From an uncultured Gemmataceae bacterium (GTDB lineage: Bacteria; Planctomycetota; Planctomycetia; Gemmatales; Gemmataceae): a stretch of 64,000 nt of DNA. The first letter of the stretch is position 1. Each line of letters starts with the position of its first letter. A program made the translations under genes and the position numbers. The stretch covers positions 992,001 through 1,056,000 of the forward strand of contig CAVVPN010000011.1 in the NCBI GenBank assembly GCA_963750165.1. Direction: 5' to 3'. Shown here piece by piece: positions 18,785-28,684 of the stretch. Below the pieces are notes generated by a model. That model saw only the letters and a list, made by a program, of their open reading frames with translations. It was not told the origin of the DNA and made no database searches.

Positions 18785-20077
18785 TCAAAGGATCGGCGGC
18801 ACTTCGCCGAAGAGCACCTTTGCCGCCGACAGGCAGATCTCTCGGTTCTGCTCCTCGCTTAGCATGACGGTGTGGTTCAAGTCGTTCAGCCCGCGAAAGG
18901 CAAAGTGGAGAAACTCGCTCATACGTTGTTGCTGAACGTCGTCTGTCAGCCGCTCCTCGTAGACCCAGCAGGCAGCAAGCAGCTTCAGTAGTGCTCCTTC
19001 TGGATGAGCCAGCAGCATGACGAACGGGCACTCGACGAAAAGACGGCGGAAGAACTCCTTCGCCTTCGGAACCTCCCACAACTCTCTCGGGTCAGCGTCG
19101 TATCCCTCCACCATCAACCCGATCCGCTGCCGAAACGCCGACGCCTTTTCTCGTGTGGACACCATGTCTCTCAAGGCCCACGTGATCGGGGTGGTGTCCC
19201 CTTCCTCAATCAAATCATGGGGGACCGCCAGCATCACCAGTTGGAGTTGGTTCTTGAGACCTCGGACGATGTACGGGTTCTTGTCCGCGACGAATCGCGT
19301 CGGGTAGTGGTGCAGAAGCGGGTACATGCTCGCGGCGGCGTGGTCCCATCCAGCCGTGGTTGTCAAGCGACCGATGCCGGGCAGGATCGGCTGCGCGGCT
19401 GGATAACCGCTGGTAAATGCCTTGATCCACTGGTCGAACTCTGGGCAGGGCCACACCGAGTCTGCGCGAGCGATCAACAGGGTGAAGGCGAGGGAGTTGA
19501 TCGCCACCGTCCGCTGGACGAGCGACAGGGCCGGGTGGTCGGTGATGCGGAACTGCCCGATGCGAAACGAGTGCGGCTCCTTGACATACGGCTGGCCCTG
19601 TTCGTCCCGCCGTGCAGGACGGATGAGCTTGGCTTCTGGGTCAATGCTTGTCGCCGACACAAGATGGAGCCAGCAGCGAATACGGTCGGGGAGCGGCGAC
19701 TCGCCGAGCATGACCTTGCGGTACTCGCGGACCACTCGCATGTCGGCGTTCTGGGCGCGGGCGCTGTTGTACGACAGCTTCAGCAGCCACCGGAGGAGGC
19801 GGTCGCCGTCGAAGTCGAAGGTAACGGTCTCGCCCGCGTAGACTGGGGTGGCGAAGTAGCGCTCGTACAACTCCTTGCCATAGCCGTCCAAGCTGGAGAG
19901 GACGCCGCTGTTGCAGACGGTGCATACGTCTCGGACGATCAGGTCGCCCTTGACGTGCGTGAGCGGGGCGCGTGCGCTGAAGGTCTCGGCCTCGCCGGGC
20001 GTATCGTTGTACCAGCGCGGGACCACGTGTTCCCGCGTTTGTTGGCACGGCATGTCGCAGTAAGCACAGTTCAACAC
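18785..20077 (-). CDS. HNH-like Zn-binding N-terminus + C-terminal CRR6/DUF1817-like domain
   Basis: CAYC...TREHVVP...VCTVCN at the N-terminus and VEGYDADPRELWEVP at the C-terminus. TTG start. Confidence 0.55.
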   Translation of the reverse strand: MLNCAYCDMPCQQTREHVVPRWYNDTPGEAETFSARAPLTHVKGDLIVRDVCTVCNSGVLSSLDGYGKELYERYFATPVYAGETVTFDFDGDRLLRWLLKLSYNSARAQNADMRVVREYRKVMLGESPLPDRIRCWLHLVSATSIDPEAKLIRPARRDEQGQPYVKEPHSFRIGQFRITDHPALSLVQRTVAINSLAFTLLIARADSVWPCPEFDQWIKAFTSGYPAAQPILPGIGRLTTTAGWDHAAASMYPLLHHYPTRFVADKNPYIVRGLKNQLQLVMLAVPHDLIEEGDTTPITWALRDMVSTREKASAFRQRIGLMVEGYDADPRELWEVPKAKEFFRRLFVECPFVMLLAHPEGALLKLLAACWVYEERLTDDVQQQRMSEFLHFAFRGLNDLNHTVMLSEEQNREICLSAAKVLFGEVPPIL

Positions 20078-20797
20078 GACGACCTCCCCGAGCCTTCCTC
20101 TGATCCCTCCTTCTTGGACCGGCTGCTGGAGTTTCGGGTTCGCCTTCGCTCACATGCAACGGTCATGAGCCGGATTGCCTTTGCTTCTCCAGCCAGTCGG
20201 CAGCGAGGAGGGCGTCCTGCCGCATTTGCAGCACGAAGTCGTACAGCGCCCGGAGCAGCGTGTTCAGTTCGTCAAGGTCGAACCCCTCCACATGCACGTA
20301 CAGTTCCACCAACTTACAGGGTCTTGGAGCGGGTCGCCAAAGTAGAAGGCGCTGTTGCGAACGCTCTTGAACTTGTGGATGCGTTCGAGGGTAGGCGGGA
20401 CGCGCTTGCGGTGGTCGATGGTCGCCTGCGACAGCGCCCCCATGACCTTCAGCTTGTTGTGCCAGTGGTCCAGCATGAGCCGCAGTTGACGAAGTACAAG
20501 TCTTTCATTCCAGTACCTTTTAGCTGCTTCTTATTGGGGGCTACGTCATCGTATCGAAGATCGACGGCTCGTTCCTGCTCAGCTAGACTGCGCCAAGGTC
20601 GCATCGGTACAAGAGTATAGACGCAACCGCGAGGTCGAGGTTCACTCTCGCAACGCTCGATCCGGGCATCGAAACCTGAACCGGCGTGCGCCTTCGACTG
20701 TCAGGTAAGGTAGGTGGGCGCTTCCAGTCGGCCAGTAGATGTTGCTCCTGAGACTAGCCGCCTCCCCCACCCGTCGCCCACGTATGAGGCCCCAACA

Positions 20798-22333
20798 ATG
20801 TCGTCGGCTCTTGATCGTATCCAAGCTGAGGTCCGGCTCCTGAAACTGGATGACTCGCTGCTGTTCCTGAACCACCTCCTCGCCGTGGCACGCGACGAAC
20901 GCCAAGACCCGGTGCTCGATGAGTACGTCCGCTCGCGGAAGGCCAAGGCCCCTGCGTTCGTGGTTCACTTTTTGGCGAAGCAAATCTTGCTCCACGGCAG
21001 TAACCTTGGCATCTACCCCCTCGACGGGTCGAGGTTTATCCGGTTTCAAGATCTCTACTTTCAACTGGACGATCCGATTGTCCATGACCCGACGTGGAAA
21101 GACGCCGACCCGACCGGATTCTTCGAGCGGCTGCTGGCCCAGCAGCTACCCTCTCAGCGGCGGAACATGATCCAAAAGTACGGACTCGCCCTCGGTTTGT
21201 TCCGTGACGCAGGCCCGGTTAGCTGGCCGGTCGCCTACGACCTCAAGGATGACATCGAGCGCGAACTCGGGACACCCATCGAGCAGTTTATGGCGATGGG
21301 GCATCTCGGCTACGCCCTACGCCGCGCCTCCCTTAACGGCCACGAGTGCAACGGCACGTTCGACCACATGTACCTCGTCGAAGCCTTTCGTCAAGGGTTC
21401 GCGTTTTCCGTCCCCGAGGTGTGGCGCACCTTCTTGACGCGGGCCGCGTGCGACAGGGACGCCTTCCGCGCCGCCTGCCAGAATCCCCTGTACCGGGTCA
21501 CGGACGCGCAGTTCACCCAGTTCGAGTTCAACCCGCTGCACCGCTACCCGCTGATTGACGTGGCTGGCGGGCGTTTCGTGGCCGTCGATCCCGACCTCAT
21601 CGTCGAACGCGCGACCTTCGGCCTGTTCTACGACCTCTTCGAGCGCGACGGGATCGTGTTCTCCGAGCGATTCGGCTACGTCTTCGATCAGTTCGTCGGA
21701 AAACTGCTCCGGTCGGTTTGCACACCCGAAGCCCTGTGGTCGGCAGCGGCGTGGGAGAGCGCCCTCGGCGGCAAGAAGCCGAAGAACACCAGCAAGATCG
21801 GCGATTGGGTGTACGTCGGCCAGAACCGCCATGTCCTGATCGAATGCAAGAGCCTCCGACCTTCACTGGAGCTACTGACCTACGGTTCCGATAAGAGCGT
21901 TGGGGACACGAGGGGCAGAATTGCGTCCGCTCTGGAGCAACTGATCCGCCACGACCGGGCGATCCAGCAGTGGCAGTGGCAGGCTCAGGGTCTTCTGCCG
22001 AAGCCCGCCGTGTGCGTCGTCGTTACCTACGGGCGCATCCAGACCATCAACGGACCCTTCGTGCGCAGGCGGGTTCGCCAGCAGCTTGCCGACAAGGGGC
22101 TGGAGGCTCCTCCGTTCGTCGTCCTTTCTCTGGAAGAACTCGACATGACGATCCGGTTGGTTGAACTCGGCCACCCGTTCGACGATGTGATCGCGGCGCT
22201 GGCGAGCAACGAAGATTCCTTCGAGCCCCTGACGAAGTTCAAAGACGAGTTGAAAGTCCACGCCCTCAGTTCGTTCACCTACGCCAAGGGCAAGGCGTTC
22301 ATGGATGGGATCGCGCCCGGAGGGACAACGTGA
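20798..22333 (+). CDS. Hypothetical protein with a C-terminal PD-(D/E)xK/NERD-like nuclease motif
   Basis: 511-aa ORF containing IGDWVYVGQNRHVLIECKS (D...ExK). Confidence 0.6.
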   Translation: MSSALDRIQAEVRLLKLDDSLLFLNHLLAVARDERQDPVLDEYVRSRKAKAPAFVVHFLAKQILLHGSNLGIYPLDGSRFIRFQDLYFQLDDPIVHDPTWKDADPTGFFERLLAQQLPSQRRNMIQKYGLALGLFRDAGPVSWPVAYDLKDDIERELGTPIEQFMAMGHLGYALRRASLNGHECNGTFDHMYLVEAFRQGFAFSVPEVWRTFLTRAACDRDAFRAACQNPLYRVTDAQFTQFEFNPLHRYPLIDVAGGRFVAVDPDLIVERATFGLFYDLFERDGIVFSERFGYVFDQFVGKLLRSVCTPEALWSAAAWESALGGKKPKNTSKIGDWVYVGQNRHVLIECKSLRPSLELLTYGSDKSVGDTRGRIASALEQLIRHDRAIQQWQWQAQGLLPKPAVCVVVTYGRIQTINGPFVRRRVRQQLADKGLEAPPFVVLSLEELDMTIRLVELGHPFDDVIAALASNEDSFEPLTKFKDELKVHALSSFTYAKGKAFMDGIAPGGTT

Positions 22334-22393
22334 CCGCGAGCGGCTCGAAGGCATCCACAAGTGATTGGCGGGCATCCGCTGCTCTGCAAGAAG

Positions 22394-22921
22394 TTACGGC
22401 TCTATCCCGTCAAGCGCCGCCCGCTTCTCGGCGATGAACGGCAGGTGGTGCCGCAGGTGCCGCACGGCCTGCAACACCAGTTGCCGCAGGGTGAGGAGGC
22501 CCGACCCGCTGTGGACGGCGATGCGGTGCCACGCCTCGGGCGACTGCGCCCGCAGGATGCGAACGGCGTGCCGCCGCAGGGCCGCGAACAGCGCCAGTTG
22601 TTCATCGAGGTCAAAGGACTGGTAGTCGAGCCGCTCGATGTACAGTTTCTCGTCGGCACTCATCAGCAGCGGGCGGTCGAGGGCGATGGTCCGCACGATG
22701 CGGTCGGTGAAGAAGACCTCAGTGTCAGCGAGGTGGCCGACGCACTCCACCGTGCTCCACTTGCCGGGCACGGGCCGGGCGAGAACCTGCTCGGCGGTCA
22801 TGCCCGCCACGGCGGATCGCAGGTCGTCGATCCCCTGTTCGTAGGCGGCGATCAACTCGGCGCTGCCCAGCGTCTCGTTGTCCCGTTGCATCATCGACAT
22901 ATACTCAGAGTTCTGCATCAT
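22394..22921 (-). CDS. DinB-family protein
   Basis: PGKWSTVECVGHLADTE and the C-terminal HLRHHL metal-binding pattern. Confidence 0.85.
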   Translation of the reverse strand: MMQNSEYMSMMQRDNETLGSAELIAAYEQGIDDLRSAVAGMTAEQVLARPVPGKWSTVECVGHLADTEVFFTDRIVRTIALDRPLLMSADEKLYIERLDYQSFDLDEQLALFAALRRHAVRILRAQSPEAWHRIAVHSGSGLLTLRQLVLQAVRHLRHHLPFIAEKRAALDGIEP

Positions 22922-23715
22922 CGGTCCCCTGTGGTAGCCCGTACTCGTAGTGCAGGAACGCAGTGTCCCGCCGCCAGCCGTCCCGCTCGTAGAGGGCCTG
23001 CGCCGTCGTGTTCGTGACCGCCGTGGAGAGTGCAAGTCGGACAGCGCCCGTTCGCAAAGCGTGGTCACGGGCAGCTTGCAACAACCGAGCCCCCACGCCT
23101 CGCCGCCGAGCGTCGTCAGCGACGAACAGATCGTTCAGAATCCAGATCGGTCTCATCGACACGGACGAGAACGACGGGTAAAGCTGCGTGAAACCCAGCG
23201 CTCGCCCGCCCTCGACCACGGCAAGGATCACCGACTCGCCCCGGACCAGCCGCTCGGCCAAGAACCGGCGAGCGCCATCTGGGTCGGGCGGCTGGCCGTA
23301 AAACTGCCGGTAGGCGTCGAAGAGCGGGGCGACCAGTTCGACCTGTTCCGCCGTGACTTGTACGGGTTGAAACTGCGAGGCACCACCCAGTTCGATCTCC
23401 ATGTAAAGCGCCCCCTCTATTGGGTTGGTCCGGTACGGGTCGATGCGATTGAAGCCGAGGGACTCGTAGAGTCGGATCGCTCCCGCCATCTCGGGCGTCG
23501 TGTCCAGTCGGATGCGGCGGTAGCCGATGCTCGCGGCCTCCTCCAACACTGTCCGGGCGAGCCGCTTCCCCAGCCCCACGCCACGGTGCTCGGGGCGAAC
23601 GTAGAGCCGCTTCATCTCCCCGACATCCGGCTCCAGCCGACGCAGGGCGACACACACCGCGAACTCGCCACGGTCGGTAGTCGCCAACCATAGACCTCCG
23701 CTGGGCAGGGCATAC
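22905..23715 (-). CDS. Tandem GNAT acetyltransferase, apparently truncated at the 5' end
   Basis: Two GNAT domains (EMKRLYVRPEHRGVGLG and LNDLFVADDARRRGVG). The frame extends upstream through YALPSGGLWLA to a TAG, so the normal N-terminal helices are missing. Confidence 0.75.
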
Positions 23716-23985
23716 GAGGAACCAGATTCCGCATCACCCTATCCTTTGGGACCAACGCCGTCAAGAAAGCACGCCAGCCTGTTGAGGAGCCTCCCTCGGA
23801 GCCAGATTGGTCCCGAGGGGCTCGGTCTTCACGATCTCAAGAATTTGATGCGCTCTTGCTGAATTTTGCTGTCAAAGGGACGTACAGTGGGAATGGATTT
23901 CGGAGACCAAGCCGACCTTGGTGAGTTTCCACAGCGGCTAACAGCACTCCCAAGCCGGTAGCGGTTCGATGCGAAGGGATGACCC

Positions 23986-24276
23986 ATGACGGACAACACG
24001 GCCAAGAAACTGTTGCGCAGGATGCTCCGCTCGTTCACGGCAGGAAGAGTCCTTCACCTCCTTGCCCACCTCCACGTCGAGGCAGCAAAGGAGGCGCGGC
24101 AAAACGGAAACGAGTTGCTCTACATGCAACTCGCGCTGATCGAGGCTGGGCTGATCGTCGCCGGGTACGGGGTCGATGCGGCTTGGCCTGATCAGGAGTA
24201 CGCGGTCCTGTTCGCTGAACGAAAAACTCAGCCCAATCATACGAGGAGGAATCATGTCCGAAAAGCAAGTAACTGA
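23986..24276 (+). CDS. Small hypothetical protein preceding ruvB-like gene
   Basis: 96-aa ORF overlapping the RuvB-like start. Confidence 0.5.
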   Translation: MTDNTAKKLLRRMLRSFTAGRVLHLLAHLHVEAAKEARQNGNELLYMQLALIEAGLIVAGYGVDAAWPDQEYAVLFAERKTQPNHTRRNHVRKASN

Positions 24277-25237
24277 CATCAACGACGTTGCTCCTTCGGC
24301 GCTTTCGCACCTGATCGGGCAGAAGAGCGTCGTCGAGCAGGTGCGCGTTGCGCTCGACGCGGCCCATCAGGACGGCAAGAAGTTCGACCACGCTCTTTTG
24401 GTCGGGCCGAGCGGCGTAGGCAAAACGCAGACGGCCAAGGTCATCGCCGCCGAGATGGCAACTGAACTGCACGAGATGTTGGGGCAGTCGATCACCTGCC
24501 CCGCCGACTTCAACTCGGTGCTCCTCGCCGCCAAGGACCGCGACATCCTGTTCGTGGACGAGTGCCATGAACTTCCCAAGGAGTTTCAGACGGCGCTGTA
24601 CCTCGCCCTCGACCAGCGAAAGCTGGTCCTTGCTGGCGGTCGGTCGGGGCGAGGGGTCCAGAGCATCCCGGTGCGCGACTTTACCCTCTTGCTGGCGACG
24701 ACCGACGAGTTCGGCGTTTTGGCACCCCTCGCGCAACGGGTTCGTCTCGTCCTGCGCTTCGACTTCTACTCGGTCGAAGAGTTGACCACCGTGCTTCTAC
24801 AGCGAGGTCGGGCGCTCGGCTGGTCCGTCCACGAGGAACTGCTGCCGCTGATCGCACAACGCTCACGCGGGACGCCTCGCCTCGCGCTACGGCTGCTGTC
24901 CTCCTGTCGGCGTGTCTGTCGCAGTGAAGGCGAGAACACGATCACAGGCGAGCACCTGCACCGGGCCTGCGACCTTGAACAGATTGACGAACTCGGCCTC
25001 GGGCCGACCGAGCAGCAGTACCTCGGGCTACTCGCCGAGGGGACCAGCCGCCTGAACGTCATCGCGTCCTTGCTGGGTTTGCCGTCGCGCACCGTAAGCC
25101 ATGTGACCGAGAGTTTCTTGCTCCGCGCCGGACTGATCATCAAAGACGATCAAGGAAGGCGTCAATTGACGGCGAAGGGCCGTGGGCATCTGGCCGCGAA
25201 GCGACCCCTCGTGGCTTCCTTGGAGAAACTGTCATGA
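24254..25237 (+). CDS. ruvB: RuvB-like Holliday junction branch-migration AAA+ ATPase (mobile-element paralogue)
   Basis: GAGGAGG RBS before ATG 24254. Motifs IGQ, DHALLVGPSGVGKT, ILFVDECH, FTLLLATT, FYSVEEL, IAQRSRGTPRLALRLL, IDELGL and C-terminal GR..T.KG. Confidence 0.88.
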   Translation: MSEKQVTDINDVAPSALSHLIGQKSVVEQVRVALDAAHQDGKKFDHALLVGPSGVGKTQTAKVIAAEMATELHEMLGQSITCPADFNSVLLAAKDRDILFVDECHELPKEFQTALYLALDQRKLVLAGGRSGRGVQSIPVRDFTLLLATTDEFGVLAPLAQRVRLVLRFDFYSVEELTTVLLQRGRALGWSVHEELLPLIAQRSRGTPRLALRLLSSCRRVCRSEGENTITGEHLHRACDLEQIDELGLGPTEQQYLGLLAEGTSRLNVIASLLGLPSRTVSHVTESFLLRAGLIIKDDQGRRQLTAKGRGHLAAKRPLVASLEKLS

Positions 25238-25722
25238 CCGTGATCAACCAGAATCCTGACAACCTGAAAACCGCTGTGAGCGTGAAGGACATGGCGGCGA
25301 TGTGCGGCCTCTCGCGCCAGCGGTTCGCCCAACTCGTCAAGGCCGGGGTCTTCCCCACGCCGCTATACGACACGGCGACTCGCCGCCCCTTCTACGCCGA
25401 GGACATGCAGAAAGTCTGTTTGGAGGTTCGTCGGCGCAACTTCGGGATCAACGGCAAGGCCGTCCTGTTCTACGCGCGTCGAGCGGGTCTGGTTGTGGCC
25501 CCTCCGAAGGGGTCAAAGTCACCAAAGGACGACCCGAACAGCGAGATCCTCGGCGGGTTGAAGGCGCTCGGCCTGACGACCGTGACGGCCAGCCTTGTCG
25601 CCGAGGCGCTGAAGGCGCTCTTCCCCAAGGGAACGGCCTCCACGGATCAGGCCGAGGTCGTCCGGGCCGTGTTCATCCACCTGCGCGGAAAGAATACGGC
25701 GGTAAATGCGGGGAGTAAATAG
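25234..25722 (+). CDS. AlpA/MerR-like HTH fused to a RuvA domain III-like C-terminal helical domain
   Basis: N-terminus AVSVKDMAAMCGLSRQRFAQLVKAGVFPTP, a basic linker, then EILGGLKALGL...VAEAL...AEVVRAVFIHL. ATGA overlap with ruvB. Confidence 0.6.
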   Translation: MTVINQNPDNLKTAVSVKDMAAMCGLSRQRFAQLVKAGVFPTPLYDTATRRPFYAEDMQKVCLEVRRRNFGINGKAVLFYARRAGLVVAPPKGSKSPKDDPNSEILGGLKALGLTTVTASLVAEALKALFPKGTASTDQAEVVRAVFIHLRGKNTAVNAGSK

Positions 25723-25735
25723 CCCTTTACTCCCC
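25710..25735. repeat. Perfect 10-bp inverted repeat with a 6-bp spacer; candidate recombinase core site
   Basis: GGGGAGTAAA-TAGCCC-TTTACTCCCC. Confidence 0.7.
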
Positions 25736-25796
25736 AGTAGAGGGCGGTCGGTGGCAAATTCGTGCAACATTCGAGACTCAATCAAGGAGCTATCCC

Positions 25797-26708
25797 ATGA
25801 AGAATTCGTCTGTAAATGTTTTCGAGGGCATCCCGGTCGGAACGGAAGAGGCGGGCCTCGTCGTCCGGTTCCTCGACGGCCACGACTTCGCCACTGGCAC
25901 TCGGCGGCTCATCATGCTTGATGTGCGCCAGTTCGCCAAGTGGTTCGCCGACGCCAATCGAGAGCCATTCATTGTGAATAGAGTGACCGTGCGCGATGTC
26001 GTCGATTTCCGCGAGTACCTGCGCCGCGAGAAGGAGCAGGCGGTCGCCACCGTGAACCGAACCCTCGTCCTGCTGCGGGGTTTCCTCGGTTGGCTGGTTG
26101 ATCAAGGCCACATCCCCTCGAACCCGGCCAAGCAGGTCAAGGAGCTTCGCCGTGTCCAACTCGCTCCGAAGGGTCTGGATCGCAGTCAGGTGCGGCGACT
26201 GTTACGCGAAGTCGATCTGCGGAAGGACATTCGTGCTGCCGCGATCTTCTCGTTGTTCCTGTTCACTGGCGGTCGCGTCGGCGATCTGGTCTATCTCGAA
26301 CTCCAAGACGTGATGATCACCGAGCGGAGCGGCAACGTGGTCTATCGTTTCGGCAAGGGTGGCAAGGAGCGGTCGGTGCCGCTGCCTCTTCCCGCGCGGC
26401 GAGTGCTGCAAGCGTACCTCGACACGCGGCCCCCAGTCGAGTCGCGCCGCGTCTTCATCGGCGAGCGCGGGCCACTCACCGACCGGGGCATGAGGGCGCT
26501 CCTCAACAAGTACAGCGCCATCATCGGCGTGAAAATGTTCCCGCACCTGTTGCGGCATACGATGGCGCACGAGTTTCTCGCCGACAACAACAACGATCTG
26601 GTCGCGCTGGCACAGATCCTCGGACACGAAAGCCTGTCCACGACTGCCCGCTACGTCCAGCGCACCCAGCAGGAGTTGAATGACGCGACGGATCGCCTCG
26701 ACTACTGA
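25797..26708 (+). CDS. XerC/D-like tyrosine recombinase
   Basis: TGGRVGDL, GKGGKERSVP, PHLLRH, LGHES and TTARY catalytic set. AAGGAG RBS. Confidence 0.92.
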   Translation: MKNSSVNVFEGIPVGTEEAGLVVRFLDGHDFATGTRRLIMLDVRQFAKWFADANREPFIVNRVTVRDVVDFREYLRREKEQAVATVNRTLVLLRGFLGWLVDQGHIPSNPAKQVKELRRVQLAPKGLDRSQVRRLLREVDLRKDIRAAAIFSLFLFTGGRVGDLVYLELQDVMITERSGNVVYRFGKGGKERSVPLPLPARRVLQAYLDTRPPVESRRVFIGERGPLTDRGMRALLNKYSAIIGVKMFPHLLRHTMAHEFLADNNNDLVALAQILGHESLSTTARYVQRTQQELNDATDRLDY

Positions 26709-26732
26709 CACACTACAAGAACGGAGGTAGCC

Positions 26733-27050
26733 ATGACCACTTATGAGATCAACCAGTTGATCGTTCTGGTCGAAAAACACCGTGTTGAAGCTCAGTCAGC
26801 AGCAGAAGCCGTCGTGAAGGTGTTCGATGGTGAGTCATAGCTGATTGGCATCGAAATCGCCGACCTCTGCCACGAGCGCGGCTTGCCCGCTGAAGATTAT
26901 CCGGCTCTAGTGGCCGAACTGCGGCAGGCGGGAATCATGACGAACGAAACCGTTATTCCCTCCATCAGCAGCATCGAGAAATTCGGAGACGCCCGCTTCA
27001 CCATGCCGAAGGACGCCGAAGTGGCCTTCAGTTTCGAGCCTGCGGATTAA
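26733..27050 (+). pseudogene. Small hypothetical gene with an in-frame TAG at 26838
   Basis: GGAGG RBS and ATG at 26733. The frame stays open after the TAG until TAA at 27050. Confidence 0.45.
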
Positions 27051-27070
27051 AGGCGGGACGCCAAGCTTGG

Positions 27071-28580
27071 CAGTCGCACTTTTCCGAGTGCTCAAACCGC
27101 GAGATTTACGCAGTTTTTCAGCGCTTCGATGAGTTTCAGGAGTTCCGTTGCATCGGCCGACTTGGGTTTAATTAGGGCGTTCAAAGTCGCCCGCCGCAAC
27201 ACGGCAACCATATGACGCAACGACCATTCACTCTCCCAGGGTCCCATCACTTGGCGCAATTCCTCCGCCTCCGGCAACTGCCGACCGGCGGTAAGATACC
27301 ACACCATCACGACGCTCTGCAACGACCACACCCACGGCGCCACCTTCTCCACCGCTTCCCGACTGTAGTGTTGTGGCGCCTCGAGGTCCAGCACCTGTTT
27401 GCTCGCCCGGAACAGTACCTCAATGGACCAGCGCCAGGCGAACTGCGTAATCACCCACCCCACGTCCGCACGCACGTCGGTCGTGAACAGGTAGGCATCG
27501 TCCAACTTCCCGTCCGGGTCGCGCACCACCACCACCTGCACCGGCCGCAACCCCAACACCCGCGGCCACACCGCCCGGTAGGCGAACGCCCGCAGGACGC
27601 GCTGCTCCCCGTAGACGGTCACCGTCACCGCCTGCCACACCCAGTCCCCGGTGGCCACGCGCTTACGGTCGGCCTTGGCGGCGGCTGCTTTGGGGTTGGG
27701 CAGACGCGGCCCCTTCTGCGCCTTGCGGCCGCGCCGGCCGGGCTTGGCCTGAGGCAGACGCGGGTCGTACACGGCCGCGTCGCCGCGCAACCGGCCGACG
27801 AAGGTCACGCGCTCGTCCAGGTCCGCCAGCAGCGCTTGGGCCGCGTAAGCGCCGTCGGCCACCAGGGTAAAGCGCCGGCCGGGGAACCAGGCCAGCACTT
27901 CGGCGAGCAGCGCGCGCGCCAGCAGTGGGCAGGACGGCTGCGCCTGGCCGGGCCGGTGCAACCGGGCCAGCAAGGGCAACGCCAGGATCGGGGCGTTCGC
28001 GAAGGGCAGGCAGACGGCGACGGCGACGACCACCCAGTTGTGCCCCGCGGCCGTGGCGGTGCGTTTGCGGGTCGAGGCGACGGCATCGCGGAACCAGCCG
28101 AGGCCCCAGACGTGCTTGCCGCGCTTGTGGGCCAGGGTGTCGTCCACCAACAGCGTGATGGTGCCGCCCAGGTGGAGGCGCGTCAGGATGAGGACGGCGA
28201 CGTGGTAGGCCAACCCGGTCACGGTCCAGGCGGAGCGCGCAAAGAAGTTGTAGGTGGTGTCCAGGCCGTGGCGCCGGGAATGGTCCCGCAAGTCTTGGGG
28301 TTGGGCGGTGTCGGCGACGCGACAGAGGCGGTGCTGGCCCAGGCACATCACCCAGCCGAGCACGAGTTGGCAGTGGGTGTGGAACGAGGGCAGGGTGAAG
28401 GCCGGGGCGAGGGCTTGGACGATGGGCTGGAGAGAAGCTATCATCAGCCACATGAGGGGCTCCTTCCGGCGAGTGCATGGCTTGAGAACCTATGCACAAA
28501 CTTAGGAGGAACCCCTCTCTCTTTCTGCGACAGCCCCGTGACACTATCGGTGTTCGTCTGTTCATGGAAGCGTGCGACAG
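27071..28580 (-). mobile_element. IS701-like insertion sequence
   Basis: Imperfect terminal inverted repeats CAGTCGCACTTTTCC (27071) and GGAAGCGTGCGACAG (to 28580) enclose a DDE transposase. No target duplication is visible. Confidence 0.75.
27092..28453 (-). CDS. DDE transposase (IS701-like)
   Basis: LLVDDT, VADGAY and WRWSIEVLFRASKQ motifs. Confidence 0.88.
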   Translation of the reverse strand: MWLMIASLQPIVQALAPAFTLPSFHTHCQLVLGWVMCLGQHRLCRVADTAQPQDLRDHSRRHGLDTTYNFFARSAWTVTGLAYHVAVLILTRLHLGGTITLLVDDTLAHKRGKHVWGLGWFRDAVASTRKRTATAAGHNWVVVAVAVCLPFANAPILALPLLARLHRPGQAQPSCPLLARALLAEVLAWFPGRRFTLVADGAYAAQALLADLDERVTFVGRLRGDAAVYDPRLPQAKPGRRGRKAQKGPRLPNPKAAAAKADRKRVATGDWVWQAVTVTVYGEQRVLRAFAYRAVWPRVLGLRPVQVVVVRDPDGKLDDAYLFTTDVRADVGWVITQFAWRWSIEVLFRASKQVLDLEAPQHYSREAVEKVAPWVWSLQSVVMVWYLTAGRQLPEAEELRQVMGPWESEWSLRHMVAVLRRATLNALIKPKSADATELLKLIEALKNCVNLAV

Positions 28581-28684
28581 TTCAGCAACGAGTATCAGTG
28601 AAAGAGGCGGCGGCACGGACGCCGCCGCCTCTTTCACAAATAAACCCATTTGAGACCAATAAGAAAAATGGGAAGCCATTTCCC

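Noticed and set aside
20264..20620. Short minus-strand ORF with RNSAF (possible HEPN remnant)
   Set aside because: Too short and fragmentary, and the motif lacks the His.
24254..25237. Chromosomal ruvCAB locus
   Set aside because: No ruvA or ruvC is adjacent, and the neighbours are mobile-element genes.
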